Assembly: GCA_002897635.1 (NCBI GenBank)
Contig: BDTD01000011.1
Location: 76,436-140,435, forward strand
From: a bacterium BMS3Abin11
GTDB taxonomy: Bacteria; Pseudomonadota; Gammaproteobacteria; BMS3Bbin11
Length of the DNA stretch: 64,000 nucleotides
Direction of reading: 5' to 3'
Position numbers and translations under genes: made by a program. This document shows positions 41,621 to 51,800 of this stretch, piece after piece (the first letter of the stretch is position 1; each line of letters begins with the position of its first letter). The notes under the pieces were generated by a model. That model was not told where the DNA came from, made no database searches, and saw nothing but the letters and a program-made list of their open reading frames with translations.

Positions 41621-41699
41621 CGATGCAAAACCAACGGGGTCACCCATTAGCCCGCCCCGGTCAATAGGCAAAGTTTAACTCTGCCGATAACAGCATAAA

Positions 41700-42034
41700 T
41701 CTTCATCTTCATCCATCAACGTTACGCACATCGCATCCGTTATGTCATCGTCTTTGGCATCAGATCGAAACGATCCGCACCAGTCACCCATCTGGATCAA
41801 GGCGAAACCCAAAACTTTTCAGTTCAGCCCCTGGTACCTCGGTACCCCACACAATCTTCGGTACCAAACCGTGTCCAAAAATTAATCACAGAATCGATGG
41901 TTCAGCCTTGGCTGTCCAGACCCAGTACAGCTCACGGTTTGGGCGAAACGTAAATATTGATGGTCGGCTGAGACGTCCAATCAGACTCTATGGTTGTACC
42001 AGACCCCGTTCTGGTTCATCTCAGCCGCCCAAAC
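41700..42034 (-). ncRNA. Putative bridge/seek RNA
   Basis: Stem-enclosed loop 41966-42026 with target matches; donor match at 41784-41791; boundaries uncertain. Confidence 0.7.
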
Positions 42035-43045
42035 TTAACCCGGAAACATCCGTCTGGCATCATAGGGTACCTGATGTTTAAGCATCATCCAGGTGGCTCT
42101 TGCCAATTTTCGGGCGACGGCCCGAATGGCAATAATGCCATTTGTCTTGGCCTTTTTTCGTTCATAGAAACGCTGTGCCAATGGCTCAAATCGTACTGCA
42201 AAATGTGCCGCTTCGGAGAAGGCCCAGGAAAGATATTTATTACCCGCTTTGGCATTGCCTTCACCTTTCTTTTTCCCATTACTGGTGCGTGTACTGTCCA
42301 CACAACGGCAATACGATGCAAAGTTGCCCGCACCCGCAAAGCGATGGATATCGCCGGTTTCCAGCATGATGGTCAGGCCGAGTATTTTTCCAATACCGGT
42401 GATTGTTTGTAGTATTTTAAAGACGTCTGTCAACTTCACCGCCTGATGTGCAGACGCCTCCAGAACATCAATTTCTCTCTGGGCGGCCTGATAAACGGCC
42501 AACCCCGCGCATACGGCCTGAAGTGTGTAACCATCCACGTGTGGCGGGACAAACTCAGGTTTGCGTAGTTTCTCCGAGCTAATTCGAATTCCCGTTGATC
42601 GCCATATCTGGCTTTGCACACTAATCAGTTGCGTACTGGCTGTTCTGACCAACGACAGCCTTCGTCGTAGCATGTCTCTAATCGCTCTTTGTTCTTTGGG
42701 GTAGATGTAGCCTGTGGGCAAGATACCCAGTCGCATGAGGTGCGCAAGGTGAAAGGCGTCTTGATGATCACCGCTGTATTTCAGGCCATCGTATTGCTTG
42801 ACTGCTGCCGTATTAACCAGCTGTAGATTGTAGCCCTGTTCTTGTAATCCATCGACTAACCAGTACCAATTGAAAGTCGATTCCACTGCGATCCCGCGCA
42901 AGGTCCTACGGTAAGGACGTAGTGTTTCGAGTGTCAGTGATAAATCATTGTTTAACCGCTTTTCAAACACTCGCTTGTCCTCTTCGTCGATGATAACCAC
43001 AACATGATTATTTGAATGTAAATCAATTCCGCAGTAATGTGACAT
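42035..43045 (-). CDS. IS110 family recombinase
   Basis: GIDLHS, VEST, TITGIG and SNGKKK motifs; RBS GAGGAG. Confidence 0.93.
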   Translation of the reverse strand: MSHYCGIDLHSNNHVVVIIDEEDKRVFEKRLNNDLSLTLETLRPYRRTLRGIAVESTFNWYWLVDGLQEQGYNLQLVNTAAVKQYDGLKYSGDHQDAFHLAHLMRLGILPTGYIYPKEQRAIRDMLRRRLSLVRTASTQLISVQSQIWRSTGIRISSEKLRKPEFVPPHVDGYTLQAVCAGLAVYQAAQREIDVLEASAHQAVKLTDVFKILQTITGIGKILGLTIMLETGDIHRFAGAGNFASYCRCVDSTRTSNGKKKGEGNAKAGNKYLSWAFSEAAHFAVRFEPLAQRFYERKKAKTNGIIAIRAVARKLARATWMMLKHQVPYDARRMFPG

Positions 43046-43117
43046 GTCAGTCTCCTCTTCGTTTGTGAGCAGCCAGTTTAACAACTGGCTGCGAGGAGGC
43101 TGGCTAGAGGATTATCA

Positions 43118-43336
43118 GACTCGATTGATCATGAGGAATTAGAATCAATTCGTAATGCCACCAATAATTCCTGGGTGTCTGGTAATGATTATTTCAAAAA
43201 AGAAATTGAACGTTTACTTAATCGTAGAACGGGGCAACTTCCCACTGGTGGTGACAGACGAAGTGAAAAATTTAAGAATCGTCATTGATTCGTTTTCTAT
43301 CGAGTCTGACCCCGTTGGTTTGGACCCCGTTGGTTT
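43118..43336 (+). pseudogene. RAYT C-terminal remnant with terminal motif
   Basis: IRNATNNSWVSG...GGDRRS tail; ATCGAGTCTGACCCCGTTGGTTT at 43299-43321. Confidence 0.65.
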
Positions 43337-43342
43337 GGAGTG

Positions 43343-43750
43343 TTATATTACTTCCCAAGCCTTCAACTCAACCTCAATAGCATTGATGTACTTTAAACAA
43401 TCGTTTTTCTCGACAAGAATTGCACCATGAGCTAGGTCATTTCGAGCCTCTCGACCCTTATCAAGTGTATTGTAATCCTGCCATGTGAGAGTAATTTTTG
43501 AAACTTTCATCATGTAACCCAACTTATCACTTTTCTTGGCAATAACTTCTTCATTTTGTAGTTGGGATAACACCTGACCCAGAACAGAATAGGCGAGAAT
43601 AAGTAGGAGATTATATGACTCTTCAGGACGATCCTCATACATAATCATGCCACCTGCTAAATATAGTTTTGAACTTATCCTACTCTCAAGTTCACGAACC
43701 ACTGCCCAATCTTGGCCAATAGTTCTCTTTATTTTCTTATCTCTTATCAC
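43343..43750 (-). CDS. Putative HEPN-domain protein
   Basis: RNDLAH (RxxxxH) in a helical protein; start uncertain. Confidence 0.55.
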   Translation of the reverse strand: MIRDKKIKRTIGQDWAVVRELESRISSKLYLAGGMIMYEDRPEESYNLLLILAYSVLGQVLSQLQNEEVIAKKSDKLGYMMKVSKITLTWQDYNTLDKGREARNDLAHGAILVEKNDCLKYINAIEVELKAWEVI

Positions 43751-43788
43751 GAATCGTAGTAGGCGTTTAATAACGGGCTTAGGAGGAG

Positions 43789-44474
43789 CTATGAGGACTT
43801 CTTTCTTCGGGCAAATCCCAGAGACCAGCAAGGCCAATGCCGAATAGTGCAAGGGTCGCGGGTTCGGGGACAACCTCTATACTATCAATTGTGCCACTGA
43901 GTTGAAGACTGTTCCTAAAAGAACCAAACAACAATCTGTATGAATACAGGGAAGCATCAAAAGGAACAAAATCTGGAAGGCCTATCCCGTCTAGCTCATC
44001 AGAACCCAATACCGCAGCAAAAGCCGTGGTCACCCAAATATCATCTAAGCTGCCCGTGCTTGGTGAAAAACCACCAAACTTCACAACACTATAGGCCTCT
44101 TCGCGATAGAAGGGAGATGTCGGTAGTACATCACGAACTTGAATATACCCCAGACTTAGACTCGACCATGAAAAATTCCCCACCGATAAATCAAACTCAT
44201 TTACCACATAATAGCGACCATAAGCCAAATTGTCAGGAAGCACATCCACTGGATTCGTTGTGTCATAAGTATATCTGCCAAATATTCTGTCTCATAAGCT
44301 GAAGCTAGATTCTAGGCCAGACTCTATAAATGATGCTGCGCCCCTGAACTCTACTGCTATCAGATTGGCCATGCTAGGAGTAGACAGTATCAGGGCAAAT
44401 AAGCCCGCGATATTCTGAGGCCGAAGATGCCCTATAGCTAATTTTTTAATTATAATTGTATTCCAATATTTCAT
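43789..44474 (-). pseudogene. PEP-CTERM protein with an in-frame TGA and a tail frameshift
   Basis: ORFs 44292-44474 and 43779-44249 share a frame; VPEPATLALFGIGLAGL followed by a 2-nt insertion. Confidence 0.85.
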
Positions 44475-44580
44475 TATGGAGCCTCTGATTATGGAGCCTC
44501 TGATTAATAATTCTTTGTATCTTAGACCGTGTCTTTACTATTGAGTGAGCCTGAACAGTGGCCTTCCGACTAATACAAAA

Positions 44581-44665
44581 GCAACATCCATGCCACTATG
44601 CAATTACAATGACTTACGACACATAATGCTAAGTAGTAATACTTTGTCCGTAAAATATTCTGACA
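44581..44665 (-). promoter_or_regulatory. Sigma54 promoter plus enhancer (PEP-CTERM box)
   Basis: TGGCATGGATGTTGC and TGT-N11-ACG at 44649-44665. Confidence 0.75.
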
Positions 44666-44783
44666 CTTTTATTGAATATACTACGAAGCCGATCAATTTG
44701 CGCTGTTAGATGAGTTCAGCGATTCCTAGAAGTCTCTTGTGGGTCGACAGCAGTCAATTCAGGACACCGGTTTTGACTTCCTT

Positions 44784-45058
44784 TCCCCTTTTGTGTCGTC
44801 GAGCACTGGAAGGCTGGGCCGGATAAGCGCGGTGCCTGTCTGAGGGCGAAGCCCGAGTTCACCGTGCCCGGTCCAGACTGAAGCGCGCAGAGCAGCCGTA
44901 GGCCAACACATCGGGGCGGCTTTTCTTTGGTTCCGTTTCTTTTGTCCGTAGAAAAGAAATGAACTCGTCCATGAAGGACGAAAAACGAGCATTAATTCAA
45001 GTTGAGAACAAAAAAGTACTCAGAAAGCTAAGAGAAAACCCAGGCCGTGCGCCAGCAC
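44784..45058 (-). repeat. Structured dispersed repeat, copy 3 (inverted)
   Basis: Reverse complement of copies 1 and 2. Confidence 0.85.
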
Positions 45059-45074
45059 AAAAGAAAAAACAACC

Positions 45075-46442
45075 CTACTCCCCCGCTACTGTTATCTGCT
45101 CAAGCAAAATAGACCCGGTAATGATATTGCCGCGTTTATCCAGGTCATTACCAATTTCAACAAAATTCTGAAACATATCCAGCAGATTACCCGCCACGGT
45201 AACCTCACTCACCGGATACTGGATCTCGCCATTCTCCACCCAGAATCCGGCCGCACCACGGGAATAATCGCCGGTGACATTATTGATGCCAAAACCTATC
45301 AACTCGGTCACGAACAACCCGGTGTCCATCTGCTTCAATAGAGCCGACAGGTCTTTATCGCCGTGTTTTATCATCAGGTTATGCACACCACCGGCATTTC
45401 CTGTCGTCAGCAGACCCAGTTTACGGGCGGAATAGCTGCTGAGGACATAGTCCATCAGTATGCCATCTTTGATTATTGATCTTTGTTTTGTTGCCACCCC
45501 TTCATTGTCAAAGGCAGCTGAGCCCAGGGCCTTAGGAATATGTGGATTTTCCGATATGTTGATGTGTTCAGGAAAAATCTTTTTGCCTTTATGATCCAGT
45601 AGAAAGGACGATTTTCGATACAGGGCTCCGCCACTGATGGCTGAGATCAGATGAGACAATAAGCTGCCCGCCACCTGTGCTTCGTAGATGACCGGAGTCT
45701 TGCAGGTGGCGATTTTTCGGGAACCCAGGCGATCCAGTGCACGCTGGCCTGCGATTCTGCCGACTTCCTCTGCAGACTGCATTTCGGTGCGGTCACGGGC
45801 CTCGCTGTACCAGTAGTCACGTTCCATCTCCTCGCCTTCACTGGCAATAACCGAACAGCTGAGGGAGTGGCGACTACCGTAGCGCATGCCATTAAAGCCA
45901 TGTGTATTGGCATAAATCCCTACCCCTTCATGGCTGCTAACCGTCGCACCTTCTGAATTACTGATGGCATCACCCATCTGGCGGGCGACTTCTTCACACT
46001 GCAGAGCAAGGTCACGTGCCGTGCCCGTATCCGGGTTCCACGGATACCAGAGATCAAGCTCGGGAAATTCTGTCGCCATCCGGTCAGCATCTGCCAGCCC
46101 GCCGCAGTCATCCTCTGCGGTTAATTTTGCGATACTGCATGCCGCATCGACGGTATGCCGGATACCGTCAGCAGTCATATCAGAGGTACTGGCCGAGCCG
46201 CTTTTTTTACCGAAGAAGACTGTCAATGACAAAGATTTATCACGATTATGTTCAATGGTTTCTATTTCGCCCAGGCGCACTGTCAACGAGGAACCCTGTG
46301 ACAGACTCGCGTCGACCTCGGCACTGCTGGCACCACTGTGGCTCGCGGCAGCCAGTACCTGCTCGACCACATCCTGCAGGGGATCAGCAATGTCCTGAAT
46401 ATCTGGCTCCATTTTCTGCTGCAGGTATTTTGCGGTACTCAT
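45075..46442 (-). CDS. pmbA: Metalloprotease PmbA (TldE)
   Basis: ERDYWY, FDNEGV and [15 protein letters not shown] motifs. Confidence 0.95.
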   Translation of the reverse strand: MSTAKYLQQKMEPDIQDIADPLQDVVEQVLAAASHSGASSAEVDASLSQGSSLTVRLGEIETIEHNRDKSLSLTVFFGKKSGSASTSDMTADGIRHTVDAACSIAKLTAEDDCGGLADADRMATEFPELDLWYPWNPDTGTARDLALQCEEVARQMGDAISNSEGATVSSHEGVGIYANTHGFNGMRYGSRHSLSCSVIASEGEEMERDYWYSEARDRTEMQSAEEVGRIAGQRALDRLGSRKIATCKTPVIYEAQVAGSLLSHLISAISGGALYRKSSFLLDHKGKKIFPEHINISENPHIPKALGSAAFDNEGVATKQRSIIKDGILMDYVLSSYSARKLGLLTTGNAGGVHNLMIKHGDKDLSALLKQMDTGLFVTELIGFGINNVTGDYSRGAAGFWVENGEIQYPVSEVTVAGNLLDMFQNFVEIGNDLDKRGNIITGSILLEQITVAGE

Positions 46443-47884
46443 ACCTCGGTACCTCCTACTGTCAGCTCATCAATTTTTAATGTCGGTTGACCGACACCGA
46501 CTGGAACACTTTGTCCATCCTTGCCACAAACGCCGACACCGTGATCCAGTTCCAGGTCATTACCGACCATTGAAACCTGCGTCAGCACTTCCGGGCCGCT
46601 GCCAATCAACGTGGCGCCCTTGACCGGATAGGTGATTTTACCATTTTCTATCATATAGGCTTCAGAGCTGGTGAAGACAAACTTGCCGGATGTGATGTCC
46701 ACCTGCCCGCCGCCAAAATTGACGGCATATAAACCTTTGTCCACCGAGGCGATAATCTCTTCAGGATCTGATTTGCCTGCCAGCATATAGGTATTGGTCA
46801 TGCGCGGCATCGGTAAACAGGAATAGGATTCGCGTCGGCCATTTCCAGTCGCTGCCACACCCATCAGGCGCGCATTCATCTTGTCCTGCATATAGCCTTT
46901 AAGAATACCGTTTTCGATCAGTACCGTATTCTGTCCGGCTGTCCCTTCATCATCAATAGAAAGAGAGCCGCGCCTTTCTGGCAGCGTAGCATCATCAACC
47001 ACCGTACACAGTTCAGAGGCCACCTTCTCACCGACACGTCCGGAAAAGGCAGAGGTTCCTTTACGGTTGAAATCTCCCTCCAGACCATGGCCTATCGCTT
47101 CATGCAGCAAAATCCCCGGCCAGCCATGACCGAGTACAACAGGCATCATACCGGCAGGGGGTGCCTTAGCTTCCAGTTTGATCAATGCCTGTTGCACTGC
47201 ATCCCTGGCATATTGCAGCGCTCTGTCTGAATCGGTAAAGACAGTCAGACCAAAGCGGCCACCACCACCTGCCGATCCCTGTTCACGACTACCCCTGTCA
47301 TCGACAATAACGGTAACGCTAAGCCTCACCATGGGGCGTATATCGGCGGCCAACGTACCATCACTGGCTGCAATGAGGACAATATCCTGCACCGAGGATA
47401 AACTGGCCATCACCTGAGAAACTCGCGTATCCTGTTTGCGGGCTTCGGCTTCTACTCGCTCCAGCAGATCGACTTTGGACTGATCTGCCAGTGTGCCAAT
47501 TGGATCGATAGCTGCGTATAGCGCACGATTTGATTCACCTTTCAAAGCTATCGCAACCTGTTTGTTTTCACCGCCGGATGCGATTGCCTTTGCCGTATTC
47601 GCCGCCTGCTCCAGTGCCGGTAACGCCAGCTCATCAGAATAAGCAAAGCCGGTCTTCTCTCCACTAATGGCGCGAATTCCAACACCCTGATCAATATTAT
47701 GACTGCCAGACTTTACCTTCCCTTCTTCCAGATTCCAGCTTTCGTGGCGGCTGTATTCAAAATAAATATCGGCATAATCGATCTGATTACTCAACAACTG
47801 GGACATCAGCATGTCCAGATCCTGATTACCGAGTGCAGTGGGTTCCAGCAAACGCTGGCGCGCCAACTCCATGATTTCTGACAT
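46439..47884 (-). CDS. tldD: Metalloprotease TldD
   Basis: [13 protein letters not shown] and [16 protein letters not shown] motifs. Confidence 0.97.
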   Translation of the reverse strand: MSEIMELARQRLLEPTALGNQDLDMLMSQLLSNQIDYADIYFEYSRHESWNLEEGKVKSGSHNIDQGVGIRAISGEKTGFAYSDELALPALEQAANTAKAIASGGENKQVAIALKGESNRALYAAIDPIGTLADQSKVDLLERVEAEARKQDTRVSQVMASLSSVQDIVLIAASDGTLAADIRPMVRLSVTVIVDDRGSREQGSAGGGGRFGLTVFTDSDRALQYARDAVQQALIKLEAKAPPAGMMPVVLGHGWPGILLHEAIGHGLEGDFNRKGTSAFSGRVGEKVASELCTVVDDATLPERRGSLSIDDEGTAGQNTVLIENGILKGYMQDKMNARLMGVAATGNGRRESYSCLPMPRMTNTYMLAGKSDPEEIIASVDKGLYAVNFGGGQVDITSGKFVFTSSEAYMIENGKITYPVKGATLIGSGPEVLTQVSMVGNDLELDHGVGVCGKDGQSVPVGVGQPTLKIDELTVGGTEV

Positions 47885-48005
47885 ATATATTTCCTTGATA
47901 GGGTCTGCCAGAGTTAGTGAAGGCAGGTAAGAGGGTTATTACGCTATAAATGGGGTCAAAGATTTTGTTTTCACATAAAACATAACACGTAAAACCTTCT
48001 TCTAA

Positions 48006-48818
48006 TCAACATTTCAAGCGCCGATGCTTAAGGGAAGGCAGGTTTTTTCGAATATCACCTAATAGATCGAGGTCAATTTCAGATAGCACGATACCCGGCC
48101 CGCGGGAAAGACGGTTGGCTACCCGGCCCCAGGGATCTACGATCATTGAATCACCATAGGTTTCTCTGCCGTTTGCATGAAACCCCCCCTGTGCAGCTGC
48201 CAGCATATAAGCCTGATTCTCGATTGCACGTGCCCGCACTAGTACCTCCCAATGCACGCTGCCGGTAATCGCAGTAAATGAGGACGGCACAGCCAGTATC
48301 TGGACACCCTCCTGTGACAGTTGCCGAAATAATTCAGGAAAGCGCAGGTCGTAGCAGATAGCCAGACCAAGTCGGCCAAAAGGTGTATCGACGACTACCG
48401 GATCACTGCCGGCTTCTATCGTAGCAGACTCTGTATAGGCCTCAGAATTATTCAGTTCTACATCAAATAAATGTATCTTGTCATAGCGTGCAACCCGCTC
48501 CCCCTGGTCATTGAAGACCAGACAGGCGCTACGGCATTTATCTGCAGACTCTGATGCCAATGGCACGGTGCCACCGACCAGCCAGATTTTATGCCGGCGT
48601 GCGGCTTCAGCAAGAAAATTCTGGATGTGCCCATCACCAGCCTGCTCTGCTTCAGCAAGACGGTCGGAATCTTGCATCGGCATCAGGCAAAAGTTTTCCG
48701 GCAGAACTATCAGTTGCGCCCCGGAATCAGCTGCCTGTGTTATCAGCCTTCCCGCCTCAAAGAGATTTGCGGCTACGTCCGGCCCTGATGTCATTTGTAT
48801 TGCTGCAACTTCAGTCAT
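48006..48818 (-). CDS. Carbon-nitrogen hydrolase (Nit1-like)
   Basis: LPEN, YDKIHLFD and ICYDLRFPE motifs. Confidence 0.92.
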   Translation of the reverse strand: MTEVAAIQMTSGPDVAANLFEAGRLITQAADSGAQLIVLPENFCLMPMQDSDRLAEAEQAGDGHIQNFLAEAARRHKIWLVGGTVPLASESADKCRSACLVFNDQGERVARYDKIHLFDVELNNSEAYTESATIEAGSDPVVVDTPFGRLGLAICYDLRFPELFRQLSQEGVQILAVPSSFTAITGSVHWEVLVRARAIENQAYMLAAAQGGFHANGRETYGDSMIVDPWGRVANRLSRGPGIVLSEIDLDLLGDIRKNLPSLKHRRLKC

Positions 48819-48871
48819 GCTTTTTCCTTAATAAAGATGCCCTAATTATCAGCTTTCTAATTTACACTAAA

Positions 48872-51800
48872 TCAGCCACCGGGAGCAGTGTCATCCACCG
48901 AGTTTTCCGTGTCATCACTGGCATTAGTAGTCTGTATTTTTTTAACCAACGGGTTACCCCAGGAACCACTGATAGTGTATTGATAGTTAGTAGATTTTTC
49001 TATCTGATTCTTTATTGCCTTTGATGCAAGATATGTCGCTACCCCGCCCGCAGGCCCACCGAGGACATAACCGGCGATCGCGAGGTTTCCACCTAATGCA
49101 GGTAATATGGACATCTTCATATCGACATTCTCTTTTACCAGTCCCAGTTGACCTTCAAGTTTGATGGTGGCTGAAGGGCCAGACACGATCAATTTTGATA
49201 TGTCGGCAATACCCTGATTTATTGAGACATCAGCATCTATAGAATCAAAAGCAAAACCTTCTTTGGACAGATCACTGAAATCCAGTTGTAGGCGACGGCG
49301 CAGGCTGTCAATATTGAATACACCGAGCAATCTCCCTGCACCTACCTCTACACCTGACAAACGTCCCCTGTCTGAATGGATTTCTAGATTGCCATTAAGA
49401 ATTCCCAGTCTGTAATCATAAGGTGCGCCCTTCCAGGAAACATTACCAGTAGTACGAAATATCTTACTTTCAAAATCAAGATTTAAATCAAGTGCTATAA
49501 GCGTTGCCAGCATATCGGTACTGGTAAAATCTACATCAAAGCTTGATGTTTGGTTATTATTACGGCCGCGCCAGCGCCCATTTGCCTTCAACCTCATCTC
49601 TGGGCGGTCAAGTTTCAGTAACTGTAACTCCCATTCATAATCCGTTGCCTCCCCAATTAAAGTTAATCTACCAAGATTCATTTTATGGAAAACCAGATTC
49701 TCGATAGCAACGTCCAGCGAGGGGAAATCTACCGGATCCAGAGTCGGCTCAGTGGTAGTTTGTTTTTCCACAGCTTCATTCCAGATCAACTTTTCCAGTC
49801 GCATATTTACCCATCTTGATGAACTATCAAGCTTAAATCCAACGTCACCTTTTATTCGCTCACCATCTACTTTACCCTCCCAGCTACCATCCTTCTGACG
49901 GTCAAATATGACGTCTACATCCGCCATATCAACCTTTGAATAATAGACTCTGTCAATTTTTCCTGACATCTGCGTGACCACTGCTGGAATGCCTTCGTCA
50001 CCTTCCTGTCTCTTTATATAGTTATCCCATGGATCGAGATCCAGCTTAGCTTGCTCAACGGCTACAGTGAGACCTTTTCTATCAGTACAGCTTGCCTTAT
50101 TTCTGCCAACAAGCAGACATCCACCAGTTAACGCCATGACCTGTTCTTCATCAGAAAAGAACAGGTTGCCGTTGACGAATGACGGCATGGAAAAAGTAAC
50201 ATTAGTCTTTTTATCGGGCAGGAAGCTGACATCAAGTTGTAGTGGTAATTTTTCTTTGCTTTGTTTTGCCAGCGGGTAAGGAAAAAGAGAAGCAAGCCCT
50301 TTGAGATCAGAGCTCACCTTAAGACTGATTTTGTCCTCATCAAATCTCATCTTCCCCTGCCAGACCGCCTTGCCTTTGAGCTCCTTTGCTATCCATTCTC
50401 CAAGCAATGGCCCAAGATAGCTAGCATATGCCTCGCCTTTAGCGTCAACCTCAACCACTGGCGGCTGACCTTCCTTAAGTGTTTTCACACTGAAGGATAA
50501 GGGGCCACCCAGTTGTTTCCCCTGCAGGCTCGGTGATGACAATGACCGCTCGGTGAAATCAAGTTTGCCTTTAAGTTGTGTGATCCATGAATCATCTGGC
50601 AACTGCAATGAGGCATTAATTGTTTTGTATTCACCTTTAACATGCGTGTCAACCGTATTTGCAAGTGGGATGGAGAGATCAAGATTCATCTTCCCATGCC
50701 CCTTACCCGCAAGGTTTAATTTCCGAAAAGTAGAATTACGAAACAATGGGCCATTTTGCAGAAAATCAATTACCTTACCAAGATCACCGTGCAAGACCGT
50801 ACTGACATCGACGACCTGTTTACCGGATTCAGCAAGGTGCGATAAATGTACGATACTCTTCTCCAGCTTCTGGCCATATAAATCTCGTGCGTAGCCATTC
50901 ACCCACAGATCGTTTTTGCTGATCACCAGGTCAGCATCTACGCCTGTCAGCCGTGGCCACCCCGGAGCAAAATACATACTGCCAGCGCCAATGTTGGCTA
51001 CCACATTGAAGCTCCTGGCCCCGGCAACTGGAAATCCTTTTACAGTTCCATCATAGTCCAGTTTTGCTGTATTCAGACGGCCACGAAACCGTGTTCCCTC
51101 AAACCATTGCCGGATACCCGGCTTCATCAGCAGAACAGGAAAATAGTGATCTGCTTTCGACAAATTACCGCCTGTGAGGTCAACATTTAGTTTTAGTAAC
51201 GGCGGCAGTGAGCGATCAATCGGAATAGTCGCAATAAAGCTAGCTACAGCCTCAGCGTCTTTATTCTTCATCCAGATACGGTTACCTTCCACCTGCCAGG
51301 ATTCTTTTTCTTTTTTCCAGTTTACGCTCGCCTGTAGATCATCCATCCTGAGTGGGTGTTCATATACCCTGTCAAGTACAATGCGCGATTTCATTCCCTC
51401 TGCTACAACACTGCCGCCTTTTTTAGTAACACTAATATTAGCCTGCAGGCCAGTTACAGAAGGGTACATCTGATATGCATTTATGGTCGTCTCACTGACA
51501 GACATTTTGTACAGAAAATCACTGGGCTTCTTAATTGGCCCATACAATGTGAGGCTAATATCACTTGCATTTCCCGATGGATAGAGTGATTTTACCAGCT
51601 GCACAATCTTATTTTTACTAGTTAGTGCGTCCAGTACAGGATGCAGATCGGCAAGCTTAAGCTTACTGACATGCAGGGATGATTCACCCTCGCTATAGGA
51701 CACCTGTATACGACCTGTCGGCCAGGGCTTGCCTGCTACTGCAAATAATGTATTTTCAAGTGTCAATAACCATGACTCACCAGAATTCTCAAAATTGATA

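Larger units (their letters stand above)
41643..43117 (-). mobile_element. IS110 family element with a long 3' non-coding end
   Basis: Splits AACGGGG-TCA-GACTCGAT; TCA core at 41640-41642 and 43115-43117. Confidence 0.88.

Noticed and set aside
44292..44294. In-frame TGA as selenocysteine or recoding
   Set aside because: The context fits a Gly codon mutation, the gene has a second lesion, and TGA is a normal stop elsewhere.
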